Assembly: GCA_012295275.1 (NCBI GenBank) | Contig: CM022678.1 | Location: 5,704,001-5,768,000, forward strand | Source: Chrysomallon squamiferum | Lineage: Eukaryota > Animalia > Mollusca | DNA: 64,000 nt | Direction of reading: 5' to 3' | In this document: positions 59,610-64,000 of the stretch, piece by piece | Layout: each line of letters begins with the position of its first letter | Position numbering within the stretch: position 1 is the first letter of the stretch | Position numbers and translations under genes: made by a program | The notes under the pieces: model-generated | Databases searched by the model: none | The model's input: only the letters and a program-made list of their open reading frames with translations | Told to the model about the DNA's origin: nothing

Positions 59610-60075
59610 GCTTGCCAAAAACACATGCAGGCCTGATGGGTTTTGGTGGGTCTGGAGAGTCATGCATGCCTTGGTTGGGTGTGGTGGGCCTGGTTAGACA
59701 CATAAGCATGGGGAGACATGAAACAAAATGTGGGTTTGGTGCATCTTGTGGACCATGCATGTTTAGTGGGTCTATATGGAGGGATGGTGACATATGCAAG
59801 CTGTTGACATATCAATTTGGGGTTCCAGGGATTCCATGCAGGCTTGATGGGACATGGTGGTTTGGTGGGACAAGTATAGGCTTGGCAAGACATGAGGGTT
59901 TTGTGGAACATACTACATACGGTTTGGTGAGAAAAATACATACATGGTTAGGCATACGGTTCTAGTGGAGCTTGTGGTCTATGTTTAACATGAAAGCTTG
60001 CCAAGATGACAGACTTCCTGGTTCTGATGGGTGTACAGTCTCAGTGGGATAAATAAGTCTGGTGGGACAATGTGT
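59610..60075. repeat. G/T-skewed, highly decayed repeat (CATGCAGGC.TGATGGG / TTGGTGGG units)
   Basis: The motifs recur; the region is CpG-poor and CATG-rich and underlies the 141-aa Gly-rich ORF. Confidence 0.6.
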
Positions 60076-61554
60076 TAGGATTGCAATTCATTTCTGAATC
60101 TTGTCTTCATTTTATTCCTCATTTTCTTGGTAAAAGTTCATAAAAATCTTAACAGAAATTTGTATTAAGGTCTAATATAAAACAGATTTAAAGCCAGATT
60201 TTTACTGGCATACCTTGAAGAATGAATAATTATTATTTTTCTTCAGAATCATAAACTTTTTTCTTCTTCTTCTTCTTCTTCTCTATTTTTATGATTTGTG
60301 GGTATAAATAGGAACTGTATGGTCTTTTACTTACCTCCTGAATGGTCAGGAAGTAAATCTTTCAGCTGTTAAAAATTAATGCCAAATAATCTATAACAGT
60401 GCTTAAAATAGATAAACTTTAAAAAGTTCGGACATGCTAATTAATAACATTAATTGTGCTCAACTTGCGTGTGTACCTGGCGAACTCAGTAGAACAGCTA
60501 TGCTGTGATAAAGCTGCTAACTGAAAGTTAATCTATCTTAGTTAGTTTTCCTTGCCATGTGTTTATTTTTATGCCCAGTATTTTTACTTTTTGTTTCCTT
60601 TTAGCCTTAGTTCTTTGTTTTCTTGTAATTATTTTTTTTCAGATTTTTTATGAGGATAAAATAATTTATTTTAAAGTGATTATAATAGTTTAATGGAAAA
60701 TATCTTCAAGCTGATTATTATTGTTTTTAATTTTTTGATATGTTGAATGTTTAGCCTATGAAATTTATTAGAATACAGAACAGTCTTAGCTACTGCATCT
60801 GTTTGGTTTTTAATAATATGTGCTCTATTAATTTACTGTCTATGGAAAGATGCATTTGAAAGAGTTTAGCTGCTAAACTTAAAAAAAAAAAAAATGTATC
60901 CCATCAATTCATTACAAGGTTTGTACCTTTCATTATAACATACATACATACATATATATATATATATACATACATAGATACATATATATATATATATATA
61001 TACATACATAGATACATATATATAAATATCATTATTAACCATATACCTGAAAAAAAACCATCAAAATAAATTAAAAAAAAAAAGAAAAAATAAAATAAAT
61101 TAAAACAAATAAAATCTTTGTTCATATCTCATGTTATGTACAATTGTTGAAAAAATAAAGTTTAAAATTTATATGTAATCTAGATCGTGGCATGTATTGG
61201 TCCTGTGTTATAATCAGTTATGAAATATGTCTCTTCTTTTTTCTAAGACACCCACTGGCAAAAATGTATTACATTCACAACTTCTTCAGAAAAGTTGTAA
61301 AAGTGAAAGCTATTTGGGCTACACCACTAATCCTCAGGGTTAGAGCTGATGCTCAAGATGTTAGTGCTGAAAGATTAATTTAGTTTAAGATAATTGGTTT
61401 ATAGTGATTTTTACCTCTTCCCCAATTAGCTTTACAGTTGGAACTGTTACTAGAATGTGATCTTCGTAGCTCCCCAGCCTTGTTAAGCCAAAAGCATTAA
61501 CCACTTTGGCACTTTTTGCTCCATGAGATTGGATCATCTGACACGTAACTGGGA

Positions 61555-61905
61555 TCTGGAGGTGGGATAGTTTGTCTCAGCAGTCGGCATCAGAATGTAT
61601 TTCCAGACTGTGCCAACCTTAAAGCTAAAATCCTTAATCTGTGTGAGAATGAACCAACTGTCATATATCTTAGAGTTGGGGGTGGGATTGTGTTCCTTTC
61701 CAAAAATCTATGATTTTATGGCAGTCTTAAAAGCAAAATTCTTACTCACAGTGCTGGGCTTTATTTTTCTGTGAGAATGAATCAACTGTCGCATATTTTT
61801 GAGATTTCGTGCCTGGTTCCAAGAATGCCAGACATAAACAGCAAAACATTAATTAGTTATACAATTTTTTTTATTTTGTGAGAATAGATCAAACTATCAT
61901 GGGAA
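61555..61905. repeat. Decayed tandem triplication, units about 110-130 bp
   Basis: TGTGAGAAT.(A/G)A.CAA anchor at about 61642, 61770 and 61877; GGTGGGAT at 61561 and 61681. Confidence 0.7.
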
Positions 61906-64000
61906 CTGTTGCATCCCCAAAATATATTGTTGCATATATTTGAAGAAGATTCAGGAGCTCTGTGTTGTTTGAGTGTTGACCAAATTAAGAAGCTGACACC
62001 TGTATGTCATCCTAGTATTTCCTAATATTAAGGTTTAAAAGTTTTAGAATTTATATCTGATGCTGTTTTTCTTATTTATTTATTTCAAAAAAAATGATTC
62101 CATAGTTATACAACTTGGTTATGGACAATATCAGAATTTGCTCCAATGAATCTAACAGCTGATCACGTAATAATCAGTTAACTAGTGAAGACGTCATTAC
62201 AATTTCAAAACAAACAGGATAGTACATACCTCAGAGTTTCACGACCCAACTTGTTTTAGATGTGCGTACTCGTATTAAAACAAGAATGGATAAACCATGT
62301 TGTTTCAGAAAGGCAAACATCACAGAGAACACTTGCACGTTTTTTTCTGAAAGAAAGTCAAGGCCAGATTAAACCAGCTTCCTTATAAAACATTCATGGA
62401 ATTAATTTTGAAAATAGATTGGAGTAGAATGATGGTGGTAACATGGGGGGAATTGAGGGGGGGGGAAAAATCATTATGTTTCTTTTACGAGTATCGATCT
62501 TTTGACCTACAACATCATAGCCATACATCCTGCTTCTCACAAATAATCAAAACGGCTTTTTTTTTTTTTTTTTTCCCCTCTCTTTTCTTTTCTTTCACTC
62601 TCCTTTTTATCCATTTTACCCAGTAAATTGTAATATATGGCAAAGCTTTCTTCTGGAATTTGGTGTTGCAGCACAGCAAGCATTCTATTTTTAGCCTGTA
62701 TCACACTGGCTGTATGTTAATGATTGCAGATCAATATACACCAAGCCCTTCTTCATGGTGACAAACCAGAATGACAAGAGTGCATGCCTATAAACAGCTA
62801 AAAAAAAAAAAAAAAAAATCCATAAAAAAAAATCCACAAAAAAAAGAAATCACCTAATGCTAAGCTGCTGGAATTTAATTGTTCATTATTGCAAGCCAGC
62901 GATATCATTCTGAGCCATAGTTTAAACAAATTTAATATATTTCCACTTGATGGGCAAGAGGAATGGTCAACAGATAATACAGTTTAATAATACTGGTGGA
63001 TTCCCCAGCCATTGCTGCTTTGTAGGTTTCCAAATTCCTCCTCAGCATATTGGAGCATTAAACTGTATTTTATCAGTTATTTATATATTTATTTATTCAT
63101 TTATTTATTTATTTAGTTAGTTATTGTTGTTGTTGTTGTTGTTGTTGTTGTTATTTTTATTATTATTATTATTATAAGTTATTTAAGTTCAATTATTATT
63201 AGTGACGTAAGTACTTTTGTCATCAGGTAACATGTGTGGTTAAAATGAACTGAATGAACAGAAAAAAAAAAAAAATAATAATAATAATAATAATTTGCCA
63301 CATACATGTTTAGATCCATAAAAAAGATAAAAATTCATATAATTATTATCAATTAGCCATGGGTGCTGTTGCAAAATGTCATTAAACATATCTTATCATA
63401 ATCTGATTGTACTCAGAACCCCTGCCTGTCTGATCAATAAATTAATTGTTATTTATTATATTTAATAATGAACATTGATTGATTTTTTTTTTTTTAAAAA
63501 AAAAAGAAATATGAAATACAAAATACATTAATTAATGTTGTGAAACCTGAGATGTATCCATCTGTATAGTAAACGTGAAAAAAAGAAGAAGATTTAATTA
63601 AAATAGACTGGTTTTTAAATTATTATTATTGTTGTTATTTCTAATAATGTGTTAATAAAAAACAGTTAATATAGTGACATAAAACATTTTTTCTGAACAT
63701 TGGGCAGTATTTCATTGGTAAAATAGAAGTGTAATTTATTTAGAATCTTTTCACGAAGATATATATGTATAATGTCAAAGAGACAAATAAAAATGTAAAA
63801 TTGGTATAAAAAGAAAGTCCAAAATATTTTTTACATTTTCATATTATAAAACTAAAGAAAAGCAAATAAAAATGGATAATTTGTGACCAATTCTAATTAT
63901 TGTTATTTTTTTATTTTTTTTTATTTTTATTTTTTTTATAATAGTTAAAATAAATTATATGAAATGATAATAATGAGACTAAAACTGATGTTTGAAATAC

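Noticed and set aside
59540-59965. 141-aa Gly-rich ORF
   Set aside because: Non-ATG start, overlies a decayed G/T-skewed repeat, and shows no recognisable domain.

Overview
Eukaryotic, AT-rich, almost entirely non-coding DNA saturated with microsatellites: (AG)n, (AAT)n, (TAG)n, (CA)n, (CATA)n and poly-A/T. The texture suggests an invertebrate, plausibly an octopod cephalopod; this is inference from composition only. Nearly all ORFs in the supplied track are artefacts of simple repeats, and I recognise no protein family. The best gene model is the 5' end of one + strand gene. It has a CpG-rich promoter and first exon ending at a strong donor (8526), a very long intron (about 48.5 kb if nothing intervenes) and a clean 90-nt internal exon (57050-57139). 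The intron is dotted with CpG-rich regulatory islands, some of which may be alternative first exons. Two adjacent non-autonomous DNA transposons lie upstream: a Tigger4/Zombi-like MITE and a hAT MITE with a perfect 8-bp TSD. There are several degenerate or higher-order minisatellites, a thrice-repeated inverted 13-mer module, a marked excess of CRE and E-box palindromes, and sharp CpG-rich/CpG-poor domain boundaries. I cannot demonstrate a new biological system. The most interesting leads are the uORF and exon-terminal UAG architecture of exon 1, the CRE/E-box array, and the vertebrate-like Tigger4 element.
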